Of a DNA stretch of 64,000 bases, positions 19,024 through 28,248 are shown piece after piece; positions within the stretch are counted from its first letter, which is position 1; each line of letters begins with the position of its first letter. The stretch lies in assembly GCA_046483445.1 (NCBI GenBank), contig JAWODD010000025.1, positions 3,636 through 67,635 on the forward strand, read 5' to 3'. The position numbers and the translations under genes are program-made. The notes beneath the pieces are model-generated. The model ran no database searches and was not told the origin of the DNA. It saw only the letters and a program-made list of their open reading frames with translations. The stretch is from Bacillota bacterium. Lineage in GTDB: Bacteria; Bacillota; Dethiobacteria; DTU022.

Positions 19024-19050
19024 GAAGGATATGGAAAACCAAAAGCGAAT
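19024..19050 (+). promoter_or_regulatory. Putative sigma-H-like promoter of the five-pump operon
   Basis: GAAGGATAT-N11-AGCGAAT fits RNAGGAWWW-N11/12-RNNGAAT. Confidence 0.55.
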
Positions 19051-19089
19051 AAAAATCCTGATTAGTTTAAAAAATAGAAGGGTTAACTG

Positions 19090-21243
19090 ATGACAGATAT
19101 CTTTACAATAGAGATTAATGAAATGTCAGTAAAAAGTATGTTGCCCCTGCTAATTGTACTTTTCCCAATTATCGGTTCTTTGTTAATAGGGTTTGTGGGC
19201 TTGAATTTCACTCGGCTGCGTGATGTACTGGCTGTCAGTATTGCCGGTTTAACATTTTACTTAACGTTGGAACTTTTTTTGACTGCTTTGGAAGGTTACA
19301 CAGTATATTTTGATTTGCCCCCGCTTGCTGGTATAGCGATGAGTTTTAAAGTGGATCTTTTTGGCAGCGTTTTTGCTCTTTTTTCCGCCTTTATCTGGTT
19401 TTTGGCCACGCTTGTTTCCCTCCCTTACATGCTTCATGAAGAAAGGCAAACCCGTTACTATGTTTTTCTAATTTTATCGCTTGGTGGCTGTCTGGGAGTT
19501 TTTCTTACCGAAGATTTTTTAAGCCTGTTGATATTTTTTGAACTTATGACTCTGGCCGCTTATGCCCTGGTGGTTCACAACCAGACTAGGGAAGCAATTT
19601 CTGCAGGCGGCAATTACTTATATCTTGGAGTGATTGGGGGTCTTTCCCTGCTTAGCGGGATTATCCTTCTTAGCAGCTACACCGGCACTGTGACTATCTC
19701 TCCCATGCTGCAGGATATAACAGAATTAAAAGGGGTTGCTGCCCTGATAGCGTTATTAATGATTGTCGGCTTTGGGGTTAAAGCAGGGATGGTTCCGCTC
19801 CATATCTGGTTGCCCCAGGCCCATCCGGTTGCTCCTACGCCGGCCAGCGCTTTACTTTCAGGGGTGATGATTAAGGCCGGTGCTTACGGTATAATTAGGG
19901 TTGTTAATATGCTTTATACTCCTTCTCGCAGCCTGGCTGAAACAAATCTGTGGGTTTATACCGAAAACCTTGGCCATGTCATAATCTGGATAGGGATTAT
20001 AACCATGATTTCTGCTGCTTTGATGGCAGTACTGCAGAACAATGCCAAACGTCTTTTGGCTTACAGCAGTATCAGCCAGATGGGCTATATATTAATGGGG
20101 ATAGGTGCTGCCGGTTACCTGGGTTATGATGGACCGATGGGATTTGGAGGGTTTTCGTATCATATCCTTAACCATGCTTTTTTTAAGTCAGGAATGTTTA
20201 TTTTATTTGGGATTATTTATGCCCGCCTGCATGAAAAAAGACTTGATCATTTGGGGGGCTTGTGGAACAAGTTTCCATGTACTTTTATAGCTTTTGCCGT
20301 TTGTGCAGCAGGCATTACCGGCATACCCGGTTTTAACGGTTATGTTAGTAAAACCTTGTTGCATCATGCTATTGAGTATGCTTATGAGCATCATCATCTC
20401 TGGGACTTATGGTTGGCTGAAAAACTATATGTTTTTACAAGTGGACTGACTGTCTGCTATATTGCCAAGCTTTTTATTTCCTTATTTCTGGGGCCTCGTA
20501 GCCCCAGCATCGATAAAAAACTAGAAAGTACCGCAGGTGGGGAAACCTGGATCGAAAAAGTAGTTGCTCTCTCTTTTATAGGAACAATTATCTATTTGGG
20601 CCTGTCGTCATCATTTATACTTAAAAACCTTATCACCCCAATGGGTGCGACATTTACCTATTCTGATTATTATTTAAGCTACCTGGCAGATACAAGTGTC
20701 TGGCATTTGCAAGATTTAACCGGGGTTGCTATTGCCTTTCTTCTTGGCGCCGGAATCTTTGTGTTCTTAAAAATAAAGGATCTTTTTGCCTACAGCCCTC
20801 CTCCATATCTGAGTGTCGAGCGTTCTATCTACAAGCCTTCAACTAAATTTCTTAAAATGTCGTTTACCAGGGTGGGTCGCTCTGTAGACGATATCTTGAA
20901 TATGGGCTTTCATGCTACACCGGTTCTGCTTAAAAAAACCTCTTTAAATGCCGATTATTTGGATGATCGCTATTTTAGAAGTATAGGTATAGCAATTGTA
21001 TGTTTTACGGCGGATTCCTGGGATAAGATCTACTATTTATGGACAAATAATCTCAATAGATATTTAATTAATCTGAAAAAAAACTGGCGAAGGTTATTCA
21101 TGTTACTTTTTAAATTTGATTACAGTGCGCGGGGTGATCGGCGATTTCAAGTTATTAGTGTCTCAAATATCGATTTTGACTTATACGTTATACTAATTAT
21201 TATCGGGGTGATATTAGCCGCAAGTCTGCTTGTTTTCATTTAA
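19090..21243 (+). CDS. Antiporter-like pump subunit, long type with ~107-aa lateral segment
   Basis: Paralog of 11048..13039 (WLPQAHPVAP, SKTLLHHAIEYAYEHHH). Confidence 0.88.
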   Translation: MTDIFTIEINEMSVKSMLPLLIVLFPIIGSLLIGFVGLNFTRLRDVLAVSIAGLTFYLTLELFLTALEGYTVYFDLPPLAGIAMSFKVDLFGSVFALFSAFIWFLATLVSLPYMLHEERQTRYYVFLILSLGGCLGVFLTEDFLSLLIFFELMTLAAYALVVHNQTREAISAGGNYLYLGVIGGLSLLSGIILLSSYTGTVTISPMLQDITELKGVAALIALLMIVGFGVKAGMVPLHIWLPQAHPVAPTPASALLSGVMIKAGAYGIIRVVNMLYTPSRSLAETNLWVYTENLGHVIIWIGIITMISAALMAVLQNNAKRLLAYSSISQMGYILMGIGAAGYLGYDGPMGFGGFSYHILNHAFFKSGMFILFGIIYARLHEKRLDHLGGLWNKFPCTFIAFAVCAAGITGIPGFNGYVSKTLLHHAIEYAYEHHHLWDLWLAEKLYVFTSGLTVCYIAKLFISLFLGPRSPSIDKKLESTAGGETWIEKVVALSFIGTIIYLGLSSSFILKNLITPMGATFTYSDYYLSYLADTSVWHLQDLTGVAIAFLLGAGIFVFLKIKDLFAYSPPPYLSVERSIYKPSTKFLKMSFTRVGRSVDDILNMGFHATPVLLKKTSLNADYLDDRYFRSIGIAIVCFTADSWDKIYYLWTNNLNRYLINLKKNWRRLFMLLFKFDYSARGDRRFQVISVSNIDFDLYVILIIIGVILAASLLVFI

Positions 21244-21288
21244 ATTTAAACTTTACAGGGTTTAGAAGTAGAGCTGGAGGAGATAATT

Positions 21289-22761
21289 TTGCACCTGGCA
21301 TTTCCACAACCAATTATAGCTGTTATTGTCCCGGTTATAGGAGCCGTAGTTATCCGTTATCTTGATCATGATCAGGCTCGTGAACGTCACCTGTGTGCTT
21401 TGCTGTCAGTTGGTATTGTGTTTCTGTCCGTGGTCAGTATGTTCCCGGCGGTACTTGCCGGAAAGTTAATTGAGGTTCGGATGTTTGAGTTTCTCGAGGG
21501 CCTGGGTATATATTTCAAAATTGATCTCCTGGGCATGGTTTTTGGTTTAATTTCATCCAGTCTCTGGGTTTTCGCTACAGTCTATTCAATTGGTTACATG
21601 GCCCATGAACATGCCCAGCGTAATTATTTTGTCTTTTTTGTGCTTTCCTGCAGTGCTGCCATGGGGGTTGCTTTTGCCGGTAATCTATTTACTCTTTATA
21701 TTTTTTACGAGTACCTGACCATTTGCACCTACCCTCTTGTCGTTCATGCCCAGACCGTAGAATCGACTAAAGCGGGAATCAAGTATATCAGTTACAGCTT
21801 GAGCGGTGGTGCGCTGGTATTATTATCAATATTTATGATTCATGATCTTGCCGGGACCCTTGAATTTGCTCCCGGGGGGATTTTTAATGGTATTGGAGGA
21901 GACAGTTTTAACCTGATCAGTGTAATTTTTATCCTTCTCATTGCCGGTTTTGGTACCAAGGCGGCAATTATGCCTTTGCATTCATGGCTCCCGGGGGCCA
22001 TGGTTGCTCCTACCCCGGTTAGCGCTTTACTTCATGCTGTGGCTATTGTAAAGGCCGGGGTTTTTGGTATATCCAGGGTATTTTTTTCAATTTACGGCCG
22101 TGATCTGCTGTTAGAGTTAAACGTAGTTAATATTTTGGCAGTGTTTGTTTGTTTTACTATCCTGGTAGGTTCATTTGTGGCTATCAAGCAAACAGTTTTA
22201 AAGTTAAGGCTGGCTTATTCGACTATAGGGCAGTTGGGCTACATTACATTGGGAATGCTGCTTTTTTCCCAGGCCGGGATGATTGGCGGATTAATTCATC
22301 TTATTAACCATGCCGTCCTCAAAATTACTCTTTTTTTCTGTGCAGGAATGATAATTACAGTTACCGGTAAAAAAGATATTAACCAAATGCATGGAGTTGG
22401 CAGGCAAATGCCGCTGACTATGCTGGCATTTTCTATCGGTGCCCTCGGCTTAATGGGCGTTACCCCTATTTGCGGTTATATCAGCAAATACTACTTGCTG
22501 ACGGGGAGCTTGGAAGCAGGTATGCCAGTTTATGCTTATGTTATTTTGGGCAGCACTATTCTTAACTCAATTTATTATCTTCCTATAATCGTTAATGCCT
22601 TTTTTAAGGAAGGAAAATTCGAGAAAAAAGACGGTTGGGAAGCTCCATTGACAATGTTGGTGCCGACCGTTATCCTGGCTATTTTAGCAATCATTTTTGG
22701 TCTTTTTGCCAACTATACTACAATACCTTTTATTGAGACCGTCCTTAAATCGGTCTTATAG
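21289..22761 (+). CDS. Antiporter-like pump subunit, short, NuoL/MrpA-type signature
   Basis: WLPGAMVAPTPVSALLHAVAIVKAG; paralog of 13042..14523. Confidence 0.88.
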   Translation: MHLAFPQPIIAVIVPVIGAVVIRYLDHDQARERHLCALLSVGIVFLSVVSMFPAVLAGKLIEVRMFEFLEGLGIYFKIDLLGMVFGLISSSLWVFATVYSIGYMAHEHAQRNYFVFFVLSCSAAMGVAFAGNLFTLYIFYEYLTICTYPLVVHAQTVESTKAGIKYISYSLSGGALVLLSIFMIHDLAGTLEFAPGGIFNGIGGDSFNLISVIFILLIAGFGTKAAIMPLHSWLPGAMVAPTPVSALLHAVAIVKAGVFGISRVFFSIYGRDLLLELNVVNILAVFVCFTILVGSFVAIKQTVLKLRLAYSTIGQLGYITLGMLLFSQAGMIGGLIHLINHAVLKITLFFCAGMIITVTGKKDINQMHGVGRQMPLTMLAFSIGALGLMGVTPICGYISKYYLLTGSLEAGMPVYAYVILGSTILNSIYYLPIIVNAFFKEGKFEKKDGWEAPLTMLVPTVILAILAIIFGLFANYTTIPFIETVLKSVL

Positions 22762-22786
22762 TTTTTTGGGGAGGAGAAACAGGAAG

Positions 22787-24262
22787 ATGTCTGAAAAAGA
22801 TATGTCCATATCAATAATCCCTGTGTTGATTGTTCTGACGCCACTGCTTGGCACCATTGGGGTTATGTTGATCGATCATTATCGTGTCAAAATAAGAAAT
22901 ATTATTGTTATAGCCAGTACATTAATTCCATTTTTGTTGGTTGCCTTGATCTATTCCAATGTTGCCAGTGGGGCTATTTATTACTTAAATTTAAATATAT
23001 TGCCCCCGTTGGGGATGGAATTCAAGGTTAATCTACTGTCAATCTACATAACATTATTATTTACATTTTTTAGCCTAATTATTGCAGTTTATACAATAGG
23101 CTATTACCGTAATAAGGAGGAAGGGAAAAAGTTTTTCTATTTTTTGTTGCCGGCAATAAGTGGTTGTTTAGGCGTTGCTTTAAGTGGGAATATGTTTACT
23201 TTTTTTCTATTTTTCGAATTTATGTCTCTTATGTTTGTTCCCCTTGTCTCCTATGAATCTACGCCCGAAGCCCATGCTGCCGGGTTAAAATTCTTTTTTA
23301 TGACCATTATTGCCGGGGCTTCACTGTTTTGGGCCATAGCAATAACCTATTATTTCCGAGGAGATCTTTCCTTTGGTACCGAGGTTTACATTAATGTTGC
23401 TTCGCCGCTGCTGCTTGTTGCTTTTATATGTTATTTGATCAGTTTCGGTATTAAAGCGGCAATGATTCCCCTGCATATTTGGATGTCGGATGCTTATGCG
23501 GCAGCCCCGACCCCGGCAGCAACACTATCTTCAGCATTAATGTTGAAGACCGGTGTGTTAGGGATCATCCGAGTTTTCCATGATATTTACGGCCTGCCAT
23601 TTTTACAGGATACCGGGTGGCACAATATCGTGCTTGTATTGGCTGTAATCACTATTATTTATGGTTCTACTTGTGCCATTGCTCAGGATAATATTAATCG
23701 ACGGTTGGCTTATTCAGGGGTGGCCCAGGTGGGATATATTCTTATGGGCATTGCTTTGCTTACAGAACAAGCCTTTGTCGGTTCTCTCTATCATGTCATG
23801 GCTCATGCATTCATGAAGGGATGTATGTTTCTTTGTGCCGGAGTGATATATGTAAATACCGGCAAACAAAAAATTAGCGAACTGCACGGTATAGGAATCC
23901 AGATGCCGGTAACCATGCTTGCATTTACTATAGCTGCGGTTACCGCTGTGGGAATACCGCCATTTAATATATTTATTAGCAAATGGCATATCGGCCTCGG
24001 GGCCTTAGAAGTTGGCTTGCCTGCCTTGATCCTGGTTTTGCTGCTTAGCAGCATGTTGAACGCAGCATATTATTTACCGATAACGATCAATGCTTTTATG
24101 GGCTGCCGGGAACAAAAAAACATTGAGAGGAAAAAAATTCGCTTTCAACCATTACGCATGGTCCCGGTTATTATTCTGGCTCTTGGGGCGGTGATTTTCA
24201 CCATGGCTCCCACAAATTGGCCTTTAAATATAGCTCGGATTATTGCCCGAATCTATTTCTAA
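22787..24262 (+). CDS. Antiporter-like pump subunit, short, MrpD-like
   Basis: FFEFMSL, KAAMIPLHIWMSDAYAAAP, RRLAYSGVAQVG, FISKW; RBS GGAGGAG before ATG 22787. Confidence 0.86.
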   Translation: MSEKDMSISIIPVLIVLTPLLGTIGVMLIDHYRVKIRNIIVIASTLIPFLLVALIYSNVASGAIYYLNLNILPPLGMEFKVNLLSIYITLLFTFFSLIIAVYTIGYYRNKEEGKKFFYFLLPAISGCLGVALSGNMFTFFLFFEFMSLMFVPLVSYESTPEAHAAGLKFFFMTIIAGASLFWAIAITYYFRGDLSFGTEVYINVASPLLLVAFICYLISFGIKAAMIPLHIWMSDAYAAAPTPAATLSSALMLKTGVLGIIRVFHDIYGLPFLQDTGWHNIVLVLAVITIIYGSTCAIAQDNINRRLAYSGVAQVGYILMGIALLTEQAFVGSLYHVMAHAFMKGCMFLCAGVIYVNTGKQKISELHGIGIQMPVTMLAFTIAAVTAVGIPPFNIFISKWHIGLGALEVGLPALILVLLLSSMLNAAYYLPITINAFMGCREQKNIERKKIRFQPLRMVPVIILALGAVIFTMAPTNWPLNIARIIARIYF

Positions 24263-24360
24263 GCTCGCTTTAAGATTTTAATTACTGGTGAATTTACGCT
24301 AATCGGATTTTTAAAGATTTGTGATAATTTAGAGTAAAGGCCCTCTGGAGGTGAGGACTA

Positions 24361-25878
24361 GTGGAATATGAAGTAGTTCATAGTTTATTACCGGCAATTA
24401 TTATTTTTGTCCCTATTATTGCAGGATTGGCTCTCTTCTTCCTTCCTGCCCGGCTTTCTCCTTATAAAGAACACATTTGTATCGGAGTAACCGGTTTGTT
24501 CTTTATTCTTGTCCTTAGCATGTATCCGGCAATAAGCAGCGGTAAAATATTGCTGGGTTTATTTGAGTATTTTTCTTTCCCATTATCTGTTTCATTTAAA
24601 GTGGATCACCTGACTTATTTCCTGGGAGTCTTTCTTTCTTTTGTCTGGTTCATGGCTGCCTGCTTTTCGCCCGGCTATATGGCTCATGAACATAAAAAAG
24701 AACGTTATTATGCTTTCTTTTTGATGGCTGAAGGAGGGTGTATGGGGACAATCTTTGCTGGAGATTTACTGGGGCTGTTTCTTTTCTTTGAGTTTATGGC
24801 CTTGACCACATATATTTTAGTGGCCCATGAAGAAACCGGTCCGGTTATGTTCGCTGCGGCCAAATATCTTTATATGACTATTGGCGGAGGTTTATCTGTT
24901 TTTTTTGGCTTACTGATTGCCTATTATTTAAATGGCACAGTTGTTTTTACCCGGCCAGGTTTGATAACTGAACCTTCGGCTCTTGCTACAGCAGCATTTA
25001 TTGCTTTTATGGTTGGTTTTGGAGTTAAGGCGGGGATGTTTCCTGTCCATGTCTGGCTTCCTGATGCTCACCCGGCGGCTCCTTCGCCTGTTAGTGCTGC
25101 TTTATCGGGGATTATGCTTAAAACTGGCTTATACGGAATGATCAGGGTTATTTTTAATATTTATAGTGTTGATTTTATACGTTCAACCAACTGGGACAGT
25201 ATTATGCTGGTTATTGCGGCAATTACTATTCTGTTGGGTTCAGCCATGGCCCTGCTTCAGGATGACCTTAAAAGACGCTTGGCTTATTCAAGCATAGCTC
25301 AAATCGGTTATATTTTACTCGGTGTTTTCCTGTTAAGCGAACAGGGGCTTATTGGAGGGTTGTACCATCTGTTTACCCACGCCTTTATGAAAGGGCTCTT
25401 GTTCCTTTGCGCCGGGGCAATAATTGTCCAGACAGGCTTACGTAATATTAGCCAGATGAAAGGAATCGGCCTTAAAATGCCATTAACTATGGTATATTTT
25501 ACCATTGCCTCTTTAAGTATGGTCGGGATCCCCCCTTTCAACGGTTTTATCAGCAAATGGCAGCTTTCCTTGGCTTCGTTAGAAGTAGGCCAGCCAATTT
25601 TTTTGGTCATATTAATAATCAGCAGTCTGCTTAATGCCGCTTATTACTTCCCGGTGGTTATCACAGCCTTTTTTGCCTCTAATGATGAAGACGCTCATGG
25701 TGAAGAACCCTTCTATGCTCGTGCTAACGGTAACGGCAGTCGCTGGCAGGAAGCACCCTGGCACATGGTTATACCGATGGGCCTACTTGCTGTAGGTTGT
25801 TTTATCTTTGCCTTGTTGCCCGAGAACTGGGCTTGGAATTTGGCCCTGGATGCGGCCAGGCTAATCTTCAGTATGTAA
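24361..25878 (+). CDS. Antiporter-like pump subunit, short, MrpD-like
   Basis: KAGMFPVHVWLPDAHPAAP, LKRRLAYSSIAQIG, NGFISKW. Confidence 0.88.
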   Translation: MEYEVVHSLLPAIIIFVPIIAGLALFFLPARLSPYKEHICIGVTGLFFILVLSMYPAISSGKILLGLFEYFSFPLSVSFKVDHLTYFLGVFLSFVWFMAACFSPGYMAHEHKKERYYAFFLMAEGGCMGTIFAGDLLGLFLFFEFMALTTYILVAHEETGPVMFAAAKYLYMTIGGGLSVFFGLLIAYYLNGTVVFTRPGLITEPSALATAAFIAFMVGFGVKAGMFPVHVWLPDAHPAAPSPVSAALSGIMLKTGLYGMIRVIFNIYSVDFIRSTNWDSIMLVIAAITILLGSAMALLQDDLKRRLAYSSIAQIGYILLGVFLLSEQGLIGGLYHLFTHAFMKGLLFLCAGAIIVQTGLRNISQMKGIGLKMPLTMVYFTIASLSMVGIPPFNGFISKWQLSLASLEVGQPIFLVILIISSLLNAAYYFPVVITAFFASNDEDAHGEEPFYARANGNGSRWQEAPWHMVIPMGLLAVGCFIFALLPENWAWNLALDAARLIFSM

Positions 25879-25986
25879 TACCCGAATAATTTATTCTATA
25901 TTTGTATAAATGATCGATAACTGGATTAGCGTTATTCTCTTTAATTAACTTGAAGAATTGGTTAAATCAAAAGGAGAAGGTAGCAG

Positions 25987-28167
25987 ATGACAGGATCAGT
26001 TTCTGACAATATAATTAACAGCAGTCTACCTCTGGCAATTGTTCTGATTCCTATCATTAGTTCTGCCCTGGTCCCGTTGACCGGTTACCTTCATTACCGT
26101 TATAGGAATGCCCTGGTTTTATTTGTTACAGCTTTTTCCTTGGTCCTTTCCGGGTATCTTTCTTATCTCGTATGGCAGGTCGATGTGATCAGTAAATTTT
26201 CTCTCGGTTTTGGTGAATTCCCCTTGTTCTTTCGAGTTGATCGCCTGGGAGCGGTATTTAACCTTATTACAGCTTTAATCTGGTTTTTAGCTTCCATTTT
26301 TTCTCTTTCCTACATGACCCATGAAAAAAGGCATTCGCGTTACTATACTTTTTATTTGTTAACTCTCGGTGGTTGTCTTGGAGTATTTCTTGCTGCAGAT
26401 TTATTCAGTCTGTTGTTATTTTTTGAACTGATGTCGCTTGCTTCGTACCTTTTGGTTATCCATACTCAAACTAACGAGGCAATGAAAGCAGGAAAACAAT
26501 ATCTTTTCCTTGGTGTATTTGGGGGCCTTTGTATCCTGGCCGCCACCATCATGGTTTACTGGTATATCGGGACAGTGGAGATTACTCCTATGCTGGAACA
26601 ACTGGTTCTTATACCGGTCCGCACCCTGGTTGCCGCCCTTTTTGTGATTGGATTTGGGATAAAAGCGGGGATGGTGCCTCTGCATATTTGGCTCCCCAAG
26701 GCTCATCCGGTAGCACCATCTCCGGCCAGTGCTCTTCTTTCAGGAATCATGATTAAAACCGGGGCATACGGAATTGCCCGGGTCGCGACTGTACTTTATA
26801 CACCCTCTGAACCGGGATTTTCCGAAATGGGGGCCTATACTGAACATCTTGGTTTTGTATTAATCTGGTTGGGTGTTATCACCATGACTACCGGTGCATT
26901 TATTGCTCTTTTCCAGAATAATGCCAAACGGCTTCTGGCCTACAGCAGTATCAGCCAGATGGGATATATTATAATGGGGATAGGGACAATAGCTTATCTC
27001 GGCTTTGACGGTCCAATGGCCATGGGCGGGTTTTCCTGGCATGTTATCAACCATGCTTTTTTTAAAGCAGGCATGTTTATGATGGTTGGGGCGATTTACT
27101 TCCACACCGGTGAAATTGAATTGAAGCGCATGGGTGGACTGTGGCGCACCTTTCCTGTAACAGCGGTTGTCTTTTTAATCGCGGCGATGGGTATAGCCGG
27201 AATTCCAGGCTTTAATGGTTATACCAGTAAAGTGATGCTTCATCATGCCCTGGTGGAGGCCTACGAGCATCATGATTCTTATCTCCTCTACCTGGCTGAA
27301 CGCATGTTCATACTGACCGGTACAATCACTACCTGCTATATTGCCCGCCTTTTTAGCTCTATATTTTTAGGGAAAAAACCTGAAGGACTACCTACAATTC
27401 AAAGAGAGCGCTGGAATGAAAGGTTAGTCTTTATAGTTATCGGGTCGGCTATCCTTTTTATTGGGACCAACCCCTTTTTAATGTTGAAGGAAATTATCGG
27501 ACCCCTGGTTCAGTCGTTTCCGTTTGACGAATATTATTTCAATTACATGATGGAACTCAACTTTTGGGACAGGCATGATTTAGAAGTTATGGGTGCAATA
27601 ACTGCCGGAGCTGCCGTTATTTTCGTCCTTGGTAACCGCTTTGAGCTTTTTACTCGTAAATTACCCTACTGGCTCAGTATTGAATATCTGCTCTATCAAC
27701 CGGTGGTTTGCACTTTTTCCTATTTATATGTTTGCAGTGGAAGGGCCTTGGAAAATGCTGTTGATTCAGCCTACATTCAAAGTCCCCGGTTATTAGCATA
27801 CTTTTGCATCGGAGGAAAAATGATCGATAGAACAGCGGAAAGCGTGCTCGTAGGCACTATGCAACCGCTTAAAATGTGCAGTTACCAGATTAGTGCCCTT
27901 GATAACAGTGGACCGGCCTTCTTCCGGATGCTGATGCTGCTAACTGCACTTATCCTAAAAATTTATAATTTCTGGTTGCTGTTATTAGAAATAATTTTCA
28001 AGAGCACCAAGAAAATGCTGCTGGTTGCATTTTACTTTTTGTTTGGTATGGATTATTCTTTCAAAGGGAAAATATACTACATAATCAATACTTCAAATTT
28101 TGAATACTACTTGCTGGTGTTTTATTTCCTTTTAATCCTAATCCTTATCCTGCAGTTTGTCATGTAG
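25987..28167 (+). CDS. Antiporter-like pump subunit, long type with ~130-aa lateral segment
   Basis: WLPKAHPVAP, SKVMLHHALVEAYEHH; longest C-terminal extension of the three. Confidence 0.88.
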   Translation: MTGSVSDNIINSSLPLAIVLIPIISSALVPLTGYLHYRYRNALVLFVTAFSLVLSGYLSYLVWQVDVISKFSLGFGEFPLFFRVDRLGAVFNLITALIWFLASIFSLSYMTHEKRHSRYYTFYLLTLGGCLGVFLAADLFSLLLFFELMSLASYLLVIHTQTNEAMKAGKQYLFLGVFGGLCILAATIMVYWYIGTVEITPMLEQLVLIPVRTLVAALFVIGFGIKAGMVPLHIWLPKAHPVAPSPASALLSGIMIKTGAYGIARVATVLYTPSEPGFSEMGAYTEHLGFVLIWLGVITMTTGAFIALFQNNAKRLLAYSSISQMGYIIMGIGTIAYLGFDGPMAMGGFSWHVINHAFFKAGMFMMVGAIYFHTGEIELKRMGGLWRTFPVTAVVFLIAAMGIAGIPGFNGYTSKVMLHHALVEAYEHHDSYLLYLAERMFILTGTITTCYIARLFSSIFLGKKPEGLPTIQRERWNERLVFIVIGSAILFIGTNPFLMLKEIIGPLVQSFPFDEYYFNYMMELNFWDRHDLEVMGAITAGAAVIFVLGNRFELFTRKLPYWLSIEYLLYQPVVCTFSYLYVCSGRALENAVDSAYIQSPRLLAYFCIGGKMIDRTAESVLVGTMQPLKMCSYQISALDNSGPAFFRMLMLLTALILKIYNFWLLLLEIIFKSTKKMLLVAFYFLFGMDYSFKGKIYYIINTSNFEYYLLVFYFLLILILILQFVM

Positions 28168-28248
28168 AAATTCGCTGGAAGAAGCGTTATAATGTAACAA
28201 TGTAAAGCAAGCACAAAAGTTATAAACAAGAAAGAAGGGAATTGGGAC

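Noticed and set aside
19090-28167. Complex I, Ech/Hyf hydrogenase or DabAB carbon pump
   Set aside because: No NuoH/B/C/D/I-like, NiFe or DUF2309 partner genes in either operon
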